DNA of 62,992 bases, filler included, from Kipferlia bialata (Eukaryota): NCBI GenBank assembly GCA_003568945.1. It is 5 parts of 5 records of this genome, joined end to end, with 100 filler letters (N's around TTAATTAATTAA, not from the genome) between each part and the next. Parts side by side here need not be neighbours in the genome. Positions count along the whole stretch, not along the records: positions 13,877 to 27,649 come from BDIP01000902.1; positions 27,750 to 41,519 come from BDIP01000903.1; 3 more parts are not named here. One strand, written 5' to 3'. The position numbers and the translations under genes are program-made. This document shows positions 24,374-36,936 of the stretch, piece after piece; positions within the stretch are counted from its first letter, which is position 1, and each line of letters begins with the position of its first letter. The notes beneath the pieces are model-generated. The model saw nothing but the letters and a program-made list of their open reading frames with translations. It ran no database searches and had not been told where the DNA came from.

Positions 24374-25744
24374 TCAGTTGTTGAGCATCATGAGGATGTA
24401 CATGAATATGTTGAGCACATCAAGGAACAGGGTGATGGCACCCAGGACATACTCCTCAACTGGGGGTGAGGCAGGGGGGGAGGAGGAGAGAGAGAGAGAG
24501 TGAGAGAGAGAGAGTGAGAGAGAGAGAGAAGGGTAAAAACAGAGCGGTCTGAGGGGGATACGAATATCAAGACTTGTATACCGACCACTGGTCAGTCTGC
24601 CGTATACATATTACTCATTCGTAGGTTACACTAATTGCATACATATCGGTGTCCCCATAACCCCTCTACATCTACACCACTATCACTGGTGTATGTACCT
24701 GGCAGCTTCTTGGCGATGAGCTGGGTGTCGATGAGGAGGTACACAGAGAAGATGGCGGCGAAGAGGAAGCTGGGGTGAGGAGGAGAGGTGGGGGGCGGGA
24801 CAGTATGCATGTATACAGACCACAAGGAGGCACAGTCCCGTACCAGAACATGGAGTCCAGGAATGGGATCCAGATGCTCCAGATGCAGGCGAAGAGAGCA
24901 CCGATCAGGAGGCCGAACATCATGGGGTAGAGGTATGTGAAGTCCTGAGGTTGGGAGCGGAAGCAAGGATCGAAGTAGAAACTGGATACCAACCCATACG
25001 AATAAATCACACACATATATGTGGAGATACAGCCCCTCTCACGACCCCTACCTTGTCGGTTGTGAAGGCATACACTGTGATGGCGCCAAACACACCCAGG
25101 GTGATGGTGGCAGCGGCCAGGACCTCAGTGAGGTCGCTCATGGCCACGATCATACCACAGGTGATGCCCATAGTGCCGGCAAAGACGTACAGCATGACCT
25201 AGGGGTCAGGGGAGAGGTAACACACTCAGAACAAAGTGCCTTTAGACTTCGAATAGCAAAACATACATATACAGATACGCCTCTCTTACCAGGTTGACTG
25301 GGTACCGCTTCCTGAGGATGATGAGGGGGATCAGCTCGATGAGGGGGGCAAAGCAGGCAGTCCAGTAGAGACCTGGGTCAGGGAGAGGAATGGAGTTGGT
25401 TTTATGTATGAGAGGTATGTGGAGTACCCAAATGATATCTGATGGGTATCTGAGGAGTACATCCCACCCCCCAACGTAGAGATATATCTATACTATACAT
25501 ATGCACCCACCCCAGAACTGGGACTCGTGTGCATTGAAGTAGCTCATGACAGGGGGCAGGCTGAAGATGGCACACTCGACCACAACAAGGGCAATCATGG
25601 ACAGCATCAGGGCGTACACCTGTTGGGTTAGCGCCAAAGAGAACAGTACACGAGAATCAGACAAATCTGAAGTACCTTCCTGATGAACTGCAGACGGAGG
25701 GACACTGCGTCATTAACAAGCCCCTTGGGGCTTGTCACCGGCAT
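24374..25744 (-). CDS. Bax inhibitor-1 / Lifeguard (TMBIM) family membrane protein; start uncertain
   Basis: Spliced: SLRLQFIRK-VYALMLSM...RKRYPVNL-VMLYVFA...DFTYLYPMMFGLL...FSVYLLIDTQLI...EEYVLGAITLFLDVLNIFMYILMMLNN*. Confidence 0.9.
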
Positions 25745-26420
25745 AGCGGAGTAGGAAGTCTCTGATGTAAGCCACAAGTGCAATTACTCAGATCGTGTAT
25801 ATTGGTTGTCTCTGAGTCATCGGTGTCGTGGACGAAATAGGTATAGTATGGACTCACACACACCCAACCAGACAGAAACCATAACCCAAAACCACAGCAC
25901 ATAAACGTGATGTGCCGAGGTGTCAACAATAAGCACATTACACACCACAACAATATCAGTGAGGGATAGGGATAAGGATTGAGGGCTATTTCATCCACGC
26001 TGACCCACCAAAAGTATATCAAAGTACTTCTCTAACCATAACGCCACTAATTCCACGCCAATAGATACATATATACCATACCTGCAGAGTACATCTCAGG
26101 GACTTGATGAATGGAGATGTTGGATACCTGCGAAGCATGTTTTTGCCAATATCTGAGTAGTTAAACCCTTTCTATCGCTCGAAACCGCAGAAGGACTTCA
26201 GCAGCCTGGTCGCTGATGATAGCCGCTTCTCCCTCACGCACACTACAATGTAACACTATTTATTCTCTAACAACGTAATCTTTATATTCAAATAATACAG
26301 GAGAGATGAGGCACCCAATCACTACCAGCATAAGCACTGGCTAAATAGACTGGATACCCTCTCCATAGACAGGCCATGTGCCAATACCAGCCCCTGCCTC
26401 ACTCAGTGACTGAGTCAGTC

Positions 26421-27589
26421 TCACTCAGTCTCGAGCCTGAACAGAGACACCCCCACCATGGTGGCGCTGATGAGGAAGAGACCAGAGGCCACGACGAGCA
26501 TGGCATAGGCCACCCAGTTGCGGGACAGGAAGGTGGAGTAGGGGGTGTCGAGGTGGGGGCGCTGGATCTTGGCAGATACGGCACGGGGCACACTGCGGGA
26601 CAGCACGGCGTCCTCCTCATCCTCGGAGGCCTCGGTGGAGAACTCGAGGTACTGGGTGCGGTGGCAGAGCACCTCTCTCTGCAGCCTCTTCCTGGAGTAT
26701 ATCTGCATCAGGGCAGGGGAGAAGAGCAGGAACACTGGGGTGAGAGGGGAATGTCATTCAGTATCACTGTTGCAATGACAATGAGATAGAGAACAAACGC
26801 ACATATATACGGCTCATTCACTCACCGAATCCTGTGAGGCCTGTGACCTCGACCACAATGCCAAAGTCCTTGACAGCCGCACAGGCCACAATGGGGATGA
26901 TGGCACACAGAAGGGCCACAAGCATGTAGCCAAGGCGGGGGTTGGTGTCACGCATGGTGACCTGGGGGGTGAGAACCAGACGCATACATGTAGATATATG
27001 TGTGAACTGGCAGGGCTGGGTACCTTGGCGGGTAGGGTCTTGTAGAGGTTGCCTGCAATGGTCACAACGTGGAGCAGGAAGGCAGAGAAGGCTTCGACGC
27101 AGGGGAACACCAGGATGAGGGCCTGGGGGGTCAGGATTACTCACACAACAGTCAAAGACTACATTCACGCATGTACCTTGATGACTGGTCCGTGGTATGT
27201 GCTCCAGTTGAGGGAGATGATGCTCTCGCTCTCAGTGCCAAAGTACGCGGCTGCGGCACTGCCAAAGATGGTATAGAAGGTGCATGTGGTGAGGAAGGCA
27301 GCCCTGGAGGTAAGACACGAAAGAGAGAGAGACAACTATACTGGAGTGAACCCTGTCTTTGGCCCCGAAGGCAAAGAGCCCATCCTTGTCGAGAATGAAA
27401 CAGGAGTATACGATATGCCGCAACGGTAATGTAAGGTCATAATCAGGGGTATATGAATATGACCAAGAGTGCATCCACACACTTGGCTGACCTGAACATG
27501 GAGTTTGCCTTCTTCTTGTTGGAGATCATGGAGGTGAGGCCTGGGATGGAGTGGTGTGCCATGGAGGCAAAGATGGTGCTGGACGCCAT
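26421..27589 (-). CDS. Amino-acid transporter-like protein (TMEM104/Aa_trans family), 3' part
   Basis: STIFASMAHHSIPGL, YFGTESESIISLNW, LVFPCVEAFSAFLLHVVTIAGNL, IVVEVTGLTGF, FSPALMQIYSRK. The 5' part is cut by poly-G at the contig end. Confidence 0.75.
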
Positions 27590-27608
27590 CTGGCGGTGAG
27601 GGGATGGT

Positions 27609-27640
<32 letters not shown>

Positions 27641-27649
27641 AGGGGGGAG

Positions 27650-27749
27650 NNNNNNNNNNNNNNNNNNNNNNNNNNNNNNNNNNNNNNNNNNNNTTAATTA
27701 ATTAANNNNNNNNNNNNNNNNNNNNNNNNNNNNNNNNNNNNNNNNNNNN
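27650..27749. other. Artificial contig linker
   Basis: N44-TTAATTAATTAA-N44. Confidence 0.98.
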
Positions 27750-28056
27750 CACTGACAATGGTAGTACAATCGTTCACACTGTACAATGTACACAAAGAAA
27801 CCTGATTAAAACGTAACTGGTAATCTATTCAATTAGAATTCAATATCGAAGTCCGGTCGGAGACACGTATCGATAGAAGTATCGATGCATATCTAAGACC
27901 TGGACCAACTCGACATACCAGTGAATGCTAGACATTCCCAAGTACCGAGCCTCTCTCTCTCTCTCTCCCCCTCTCTCTCTAGACCCTCATTAAGGACCTA
28001 TGTAACGCAAGCTGACAATAGATTCTTCCTCTCTCTCTCTCTCTCTCTCTACACCC

Positions 28057-29607
28057 TTAAAGTGGCATGTTGAGGAAGGGAATGCTGTTGAAGAAAGACA
28101 TGGCGATGTCATCATCCTTAGCCCCCTCTCTCTCTCCCTCTCTCTCCTTCTCCCTCTCTTTCTCTCTCTCTGAACCTTCCGTAGTCACACGTGACCTCTC
28201 TCCCTCTGCACCCTTAATGCCACACTTTCTCGCCCTCTCTCTGGGTGAGAGAGGGAGGTTCTCATAGCTATCCTTCTCCGCCTCGCCCTCTCTCTCTCTC
28301 TCTACACCCTTAATGTCAGGCATTGACTGCAGTGACCCCTGGAGAGGCAGTACATCTGCCACTCTCTCTCTCTCTCCCTCTACAGCTGCAATCTCTGTGA
28401 CAGAAGCCCCTGAGACCAAATGCTCTCTCTCTCTCTCTCTGTCTCTCTCTCCCCCATGATCTCTCTCCCTCTCCCTCTCCCTCTCCCTCTCCCTCTCCCT
28501 CTCTCTGCTCCTAAAGGCAACACGTAAAGAGTCACCTGGGTGTAAGGCGGTAGAATGAGGATTGCAATACTGTAAATACATATATATAGTATACTACAGA
28601 ACCGACGGCAAAATAGTTGGTATACCTGGAGCATGGAAGTATGGCCGAGATCTGGGGGGAGGGGGACGGAAGGGGATAACCTAGGAGTGAGGTACAGAGA
28701 GAGAAAGAGAGAGAGACGGAAGGATACAACCTCAGTGAACAGGGTGCTGGGTATCTAGGTTGTAAGTATCTGTACCTTAGGTAGCACCAATCCAGGGCTC
28801 CATCTATATACATATATCACAGTATATAGATATACACATCTATACATATGTATAGAGTACCTTGGGTAGCACTAAGCCAGGGTTCTTGTTCTGCTTCACC
28901 ACCTCCATCATCTGTTTGGGTGCCTCAAAGACATACCGCCTACTGCTACCTCTCTCTCTCTCCCTGTAATGCCTCTTCCTCTTTGACTTGGCCGTCTGGC
29001 GTTTGACCGTCTGGACGTTTCGCCGTTTGGGTGGGTGGGGCGGGAGAGCTGCACCGAGTCCCCGTGTGCGGGTGTCTCTCTCTCTCTCTCTCTTGACGGG
29101 ACGCCTCCCTCTCTCTCTCTTTCCCTCTATATCCCTCTTGCCTAGTTGTGTGCCTGCTGCTTTGGAGTTGTACCCCTGGACCAGGAGCTGTGGTAAGGGG
29201 TATTTAGATATATATATTCATCAATATGATGGAGAGAGAGAGAGAGAGTTGTACCCCTGGACTAGGAGCTGGGATTAGAGGTATTTAGACATATATATAT
29301 AATCATCTATATGATAGATAGAGAGAGAGAGAGTTGTACCCCTGGACAAGGAGCTGGGGTTAGATATATATATATAGATATATGCACACACACACATATA
29401 TTAATATATATATATATACATATACCAAAGAGAGAGCAACCACTGGACAAAAACCAAGGGTTTGGGGTATATATTGTATCAAAGTATACATATAGTACAT
29501 ATGTATACCTTGACAATCTCCCTGAACACCCCCCTGATCACCCCCAGCACATTGAGGCAAAGATCTCTCTCTCTCCACTAAACAGTAACTAGTATATATA
29601 AATATAT

Positions 29608-29643
<36 letters not shown>

Positions 29644-30328
29644 GTGCGTGTGTACACATTTACCTTATCTATCTCCCTGAACACCCCTCTGATCACACCC
29701 AGCACATTGTGGTCTAGGTGGGGCCAGTCGGTGGTGAGGTCACGTACAACCTAGGGTAAGGACATATATAGAATGAGAGAGAGAGCGAGGTGGGGCCCGT
29801 CAGGTGGACAGACCTGATGAGATGATGAAGTACGTAATCATCGCCATATACAGAAATACACATGCATACATACACACATACACACCTCGTTGAATATGGC
29901 CTCTGCCCCACCATCTCCCTACATATACTCATATGGTAATATCAATAATAGTATAATAGTATATATATATATGTGCACACTGATAATATCTATACCTCGT
30001 TGAATATGGCCTCTGCCCCACCGTCTCCCACAAGCCTGGGTATAAGGGGGGGGGATGGGAGAGAGAGAGAGCGATAGTGATATGTGCTCCACTAAGCTGA
30101 GGGACTATCCATATAGAGACACAGACAGAGAAGACAAGTACCAGTTTGACACTGTCTGTGTCACGACGCACTGTCTTGAATATAGTAGTGATACTATATG
30201 AATCTATACTATAGAGTATACTATAGAGTATTCTGTTACTATTATATACCTGTTTGACACTGTCTGTGACACGAGGGCCTCAGTACGTCTGTGGCGGGGG
30301 ATCTGTAGAGTCAGGGAGAGAGAGAGAA

Positions 30329-30369
<41 letters not shown>

Positions 30370-30784
30370 CCCTCAGTGCGTCTGGGGCGGGAGCCAATCA
30401 TAGTATACAAAAGTACTATATATAGAGAGTACATATAGTGAGTTTATATAGTATACTATACCTTGATCAGCCCCCTCAGGAGTATGGCCAGCAGCACAGA
30501 GTGCCTGTCTCTAAGGGTGAGAGGTGTATCCATTTGTATACAGATATATACTCCTATAGCTAAAATCAATATCTGAACCACACCCCCACACTGTCAAAGT
30601 GGGTGTTTCATTGAGAATATAATATAGAATATAATATAGGATATATAATATAGTATTTACTTATGTTAATACATCACTATTATATGCACATACATACCTA
30701 TCTGTAACTGGACCTCACCCCCATACTGTCAAAGTGGGTGTTGACACACATTGTATAGTATAGGAATTAGTATATACATATATT

Positions 30785-30825
<41 letters not shown>

Positions 30826-31482
30826 CTTTGCGTACCTGTATCTATAGCTGGACCTCACCCCCACACTGTCAAAGTGGGTGTTGACACTGGCCAGGATCTG
30901 GCGGAACCAGGCTTAGAGTGAGAAGGGTATAGAGAGAGAGAGAGAGAGAAGGAGGGAGAGAGATAGGTGTTGTCACCTGCTAGGATCTGGCAGAACCCGG
31001 CTGAATGGTAAGGGTGTAGAGGGAGAGAGAGTGTGTGTGTGAGAGAGAGAGAGACAGGGTGCCGGGAGTGAGAGAGAAAGCCAGACACTGGAAACGACAG
31101 GTGATACTATATACTAGAGGAAAGGACAGAGGGGGGGGGGGTCAGAGAGAGAGAGAGAGAGGTATGGCAAACGTACGTGAGTTCCTCATGACGTTGATGT
31201 GGGTGTACAGACAACTCTCCCTCTCTCTTAGTATATATATACACACATATATAAATGTATCATTATGTATGTATACTCACGTGAGTTCCTCATCACATTG
31301 ATGTGGGTGTACAGACAACTCTCCCTCTCTCTCTCAATATACTCACATACTAATATAGCATATATACATGATACACTATACATATACATATACTTACGTG
31401 AGTTCCTCATCACATTGATGTGCGTGTCCTTCATCAGAGTGGCAGAGATGGAATAGCCGCCAGTGTTGGAACCTATCCACTC
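28057..31482 (-). CDS. Hypothetical multi-exon protein with an ER-repeat-rich C-terminus, 5' end missing
   Basis: In-frame exons EWIGSNTGGYSISATLMKDTHINVMRNS / WFRQILASVNTHFDSV / DRHSVLLAILLRGLIK / VVRDLTTDWPHLDHNVLGVIRGVFREIDK; the last exon ends FFNSIPFLNMPL*. Confidence 0.55.
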
Positions 31483-31846
31483 CTGGGATAAAGGGGGTAG
31501 ACCGAGATAGAGGGAGAGAGAGAGAGGGACAGAGAGAGAGACAGAGAGAGAGAGAGAGTGATATGGAGAAGTCGGCAGTGTTGGAACCGATCCACTCCTG
31601 AGAGTAAGGGAGGAGAGGGAGAGAGAGAGAGAGAGAGAGACACTCCAGCTCTGGTTGTCAGTGTAAGAGAACGTGTAGGTGTGTGGGGCAAAACATTGAT
31701 ATATAGGGGGTGTAAGGATCCCATAAAACGGAGTCAAAGTGTAGGGGAGACAAAGAGAAAGGGGGGGGGCAGGAGAGTAGGGAGGGGAGGGGGGGGGGGG
31801 GGCCAAAGGATAAATACCACAAAAACCCAAAATCCCCCCCCCCCCC

Positions 31847-31877
<31 letters not shown>

Positions 31878-32132
31878 CCTTCTCGTAAATACTCTCTAGG
31901 CTGACTGTGTTGTCTGTTGTCTGCACATACAGAGACACTGTATAAACTCCTAGAATGAGTCTTCTTCTTTCTCCTTCTCTCTCTCGCTTGTTTTGGCATT
32001 CTCATGTATTGCCACTGCCTCCAGAAGAGACTCATTTACTTCCCTCTCTGCCTCACATATGTATGTATGACTCCATACAATGATCATATATGTTATTATT
32101 CATCACTCTCTATCTGTTCTGTCTGATTCCAG

Positions 32133-34996
32133 GTCAGACTCATCATCTCTGCCTCCTCTCTGTATGACACGGACAGTGATGCACCCAGGACATCCAACCC
32201 AGACCCCATATGCCTAGTGTGAGTGTGTATATATGTATACATTGCATATATATATATAGAGAGAGAGAGAGACAGAGAGTAATATACTGAGAGTCCAACA
32301 CAAAATAGTATATACAACCAGGTACTGTATATGTACCTCTCACCCCCCAGGTATGTGGATGCCACTGACATTGCAGACTCAGAGATTAATATTTAAATAT
32401 GTTTATGTATACTGAGTCATTTATGTGTATACCCTGTATATATACTTGTCTCACCCCCCAGGTATGTGGATGCCACTGACATTGCAGACATCGAGGAGGA
32501 CTGGGTACTCACAGGTATGTACATTATATTATGAACTCAAGCATCCAGTGACACATCACTCTATGTCACTCTATATGAATGAGAGTATATATATGGTATA
32601 TCTATACACATATACTCTTCTAACCCAGGCACCACCGAGATCAAGCACAGTGACAGAAGTCCGGTCTGGGACACTAACATCGGTACGAGCCTCCTAGAGC
32701 ATATTTCTATGTATCCATCTATTATACTTGTTCTTGAACACTCTTTCGTCATTGGATACATTTCGCTCCATCTGTATTTACTATGATTAGCCTGCCAGGT
32801 CGCTCCTACAAGTTTTACATTTGCAATATAATGTATCTCTCTGATGCAATGTGAACCTGCTCCACTCACACTCAGACGTCCCCCTTGACCCCGACAGACC
32901 CATCCTTCTCAAGGTGTATGACGTGGATGACCCGTCGCAAGTCGCAAAGTGGGTCAAGACATATATATAGTAGTATATAGTAGTATATACATCATAGTAT
33001 ATAGATACATATCTGCATAGTATATATGGTAATACCATACTGTCTTTGACGTGGATGACCCATCGCAAGTGGCAAAGTAAGTATATATAGTACTCATATA
33101 TAGTACTCATATTATATATGTCATTGTATACGGTGAGTACATCGCTATATTGTGTAATGACGTGGATGACCCGTCACAAGTGGCAAAGTGAGTGATGGCA
33201 TGCGGTAATGTATGAGTGATAGTATATATCTCCAGTGGTACTCACTATTCCACACACAGTTTTGATTGAAATGTCTTCTTCTAAGCTGTATATTCCCTGT
33301 CTCACTCCCAGGTTTGACCAGCATGACTTTCTGGGCCAGACAGAGACAAGGTATGTATATTATATATATTTATATATATAAATTAGTATATATATTGGAA
33401 GATATATTAGTGTACATTAGTATATATATATATATGTGTATGAATGCTATTGTATATACATAGTATGAGTGTAGTAACATAGATTCTCTGTCTCAGCATG
33501 ACCTCCTGGGCCACACAGAGACTAGGCATGTATATATATGCGGATATATATATATTACTATGGTCACCTCTGTCTCTTACCGCCAGTGTTGGCGCCCTGC
33601 TGTCTGCCGAGGGTCAGACTGTCACTCTGCCCCTGCTCTACTTCCAGGTACTCTTCGGTCTCTCTCTCTCTCTCTCCCCCTCTCTCTATGTATATATATT
33701 AGTGTATGCATCTAAAATTGTTTCTTTACCCCCCGGGCCAGTCCGACCACTCCATATGCATTTATATATATATTCTCTGTCTCTAAGTATCTATATATAT
33801 ATTCATATGTATATTGTGCATTATTGCACTCATCCTCACCCCAGGGCCAGTCCGACCACTCCCTCAGCCAGTTCACACCCAATGTGCCAGGTGGGTTATG
33901 GTATACACACTTACACAAGCATATATGCATAGATATATTTGAGATGTATCTTCCCCCCAGGCTGGCCCTATGGCATGACTCCAAGATATATGTAGATATA
34001 TAGATATATATATATATATTTATATATGGTGTTCATTAGTTAACTATCCCATTACACATATTTACTAACCCAGGCTGGTCCTATGAGCCCGATGGCATGA
34101 CCCCTAGAGATAGGGAGGAGAGGGAGAGGGAGAGAGGGAGGGAGGGGGAGAGAGAGAGAGGGAAGGTTCCCTCCAGGTGTAGGACCAGCACCATATCCCT
34201 GTGCATCAAGGAGTTCCTAAACACAGGTGAGTTTGATATATAAATACGTATATACATCCATATTTAGATATGTATCCTCATGTCTCTCTGTACATCAAAG
34301 AGTTCCGCAACACAGGTATGACATCCACACCCCAGATGTGCGGCTCTGCATTGTTATCACCTTCATACCTGCTGATTCTCCCAGATTTATACATATCTCT
34401 CTAACTCTCTATATATGTATGTCACGTATATATATATGAAGTATTGCTCACCACCAGACGTACTCTCTCTGACTGTCACCTTCCCCCCCCCCCTGCTATA
34501 CCTCCATATTCATGTACTCTCTCTCCCTCTCTCTATTATACTCACACCAGATGTTCTGTCCCTGGCCGTCACCTTCTCCCCCCCTGCCCTCCATCCATAT
34601 ATATAGTATACATACTCTCTCTCTCTCTTATCTCTATTCGTATGTACTAGTCTCACACTAGACGTCCTGTCCCTAGCTGTCACATTCTCCCCCCCTACCC
34701 TATCTATATATCTTTACTATGTTTCTCCCCCTCTATTATACTCACACCAGACGTCCTGTCCCTGGCCGTCACCTTCTCCCCCCCTGCCCTGCCTCTAGAT
34801 CCATACTTTCTCTCTTTTTCTCAATCTTCTCACAATAGATGTTCTGTCCCTGTCTGTCACCTTCTCCCCCCCTGCCCTGCCTCAGCAGGAGAAGGAGGGG
34901 GAGAGAGAGGGCGCCACTCTGTCTGTGGACAAGAGGGTGGATGGACAGTGGGTGGAGGCATTCAGAGGGATAGAGAGTAGGTATGTATGTATATAG

Positions 34997-35033
<37 letters not shown>

Positions 35034-36905
35034 GGGGAGAGAGAGAGAGAGGGTGCCACTCTGTCTGTGGACAAGAGGGTGGATGGACAGTGGATAGAGG
35101 CATTTAGAGGGATTGAGAGTAGGTATGTATATATTTACCTTTTCATTGATATTCTAGTATTGTGTATCTCACCCCAGGGGTGGTGGGACAAGACCAGGGG
35201 ACAAGGCATTCATGCTGAGGTACTATATATATGTGTATGTATATATACCCACATATATATGTGTATACAATGTATATCTATGCATCCAGGGGACAAGGCA
35301 TTCATGCTGAGGTAATAATAATGGATATGTATATTTATATATACATACACACACATATATATATGTATATATGCATCTAGGAGACAAGGCTGCTCAGGAA
35401 ATATATGTGATGCCGTAATGTGTAAGTGATGTATTGGATATCCGTGTATGGGGCAATGTGAGGGTTCCAACAACACACCTACGTTACGATGTGGTATCAG
35501 TTGGTACATATGTCTGTCTCCCCCCAAGCTCCCCTACTACAAATACTTAGCATTCTATTTCCAAAATTATTGCGAATACAATAGCTTACCCCAGGCTCCC
35601 CTACCCCCTTGTCTACCCCGACTCCCTCCTGGCATCTGGACCCCCAGCTGATGCAGGTGGGTATCCTATATATATATATATATATATATGCATGTATACC
35701 ATATGTGTTGAATAGACCCACAGCTGATGCAGGTACACTCCAAAATTTTGCTATAGACACAAGAATACAACACCTATACATTGCTCCATTACCATGGTAA
35801 AGTTCAATCTTATACAATACCTCTCTATTGATGGACATAACCAATACATAGTGACTCCAGATGACCCCCTGGACACCCTGGTCTCCCTGCCATGCATATT
35901 GCATCACCTCATATATTATATATATACTCTACACATTCTATACTTGCCCTTATATCCAGATGACCCCCTTGACACCCTGGTCTCCCTGCCATGCATACTT
36001 TATCACTATGTATACTATATATATACTCTATACATAACTAATACACACCGACTCCAGATGACCCCCTTGACACCCTGGTCTCCCTGCCCCTGTGTGCTGG
36101 GGGGACACCCACCCTGCGGTGCAGACTCATGTGAGTATTTGTATATACACATACATCAATGTATATATGTATATGGTAACGATACTGGGACACCCACCCT
36201 GCGGTGCAGACTCATGTGAGTATTTGTATATATACATATATATAGGCACAAACATTTGTGTAGTGATACCTAAATACTTCCATCTATGAAACGTACTTAC
36301 AAATGAACATGCAATTATCCTTAGTGTGAGACATCCCCATTTAGAATATATGTATCTTCATTCTTCTGTCCGTCTTATTCATTAGGTATGAGAGTCATTA
36401 CATAGTCTCTTACACAGTATATATGCCTTGCTTCAGTATCAGTTGTTTATTGCCAATCACCAGAACTAATCATCAGGTATTAATATGAGAAGACCACCTT
36501 CTTTGGCCGTTTGCTCAAGTATCATTCATATCACTATAGTATATTATGTATTACTATAATATGTATTTTAGTACCTTACACAAGGTATGAGAAGACCACC
36601 TTCTTTGGCCGTCTGAGACGCAAGAGGAGGCAGAAGAAGCAGGCCTCTAGACCAGTGTCACCAGATAGGGAGAGAGAGAAGGAGAGGGAGAGGGAGAAGC
36701 TGTTGCTCGACTGCGCTCAGGTATCATTGTAGAATTACCATTGTATTTGAGTAATTCATTTTTTTCCTTCTTGTATTGTGTCGTTGTAATTGACTCAAGT
36801 CATATTTCAATATTTCATTCATTACTCTTATGACCAGATCTGTCTGGGCCCCATGGGAGAGGGCACGCCCCAGGTGGTGGATACAGAGGGAGGTGAGGGA
36901 ATATG

Positions 36906-36936
<31 letters not shown>

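Noticed and set aside
34325..34890. Regularly spaced repeats with unique spacers, superficially CRISPR-like
   Set aside because: The repeats are exon fragments with splice sites, spacers are microsatellite-rich and uneven, the context is eukaryotic and no cas genes are present.
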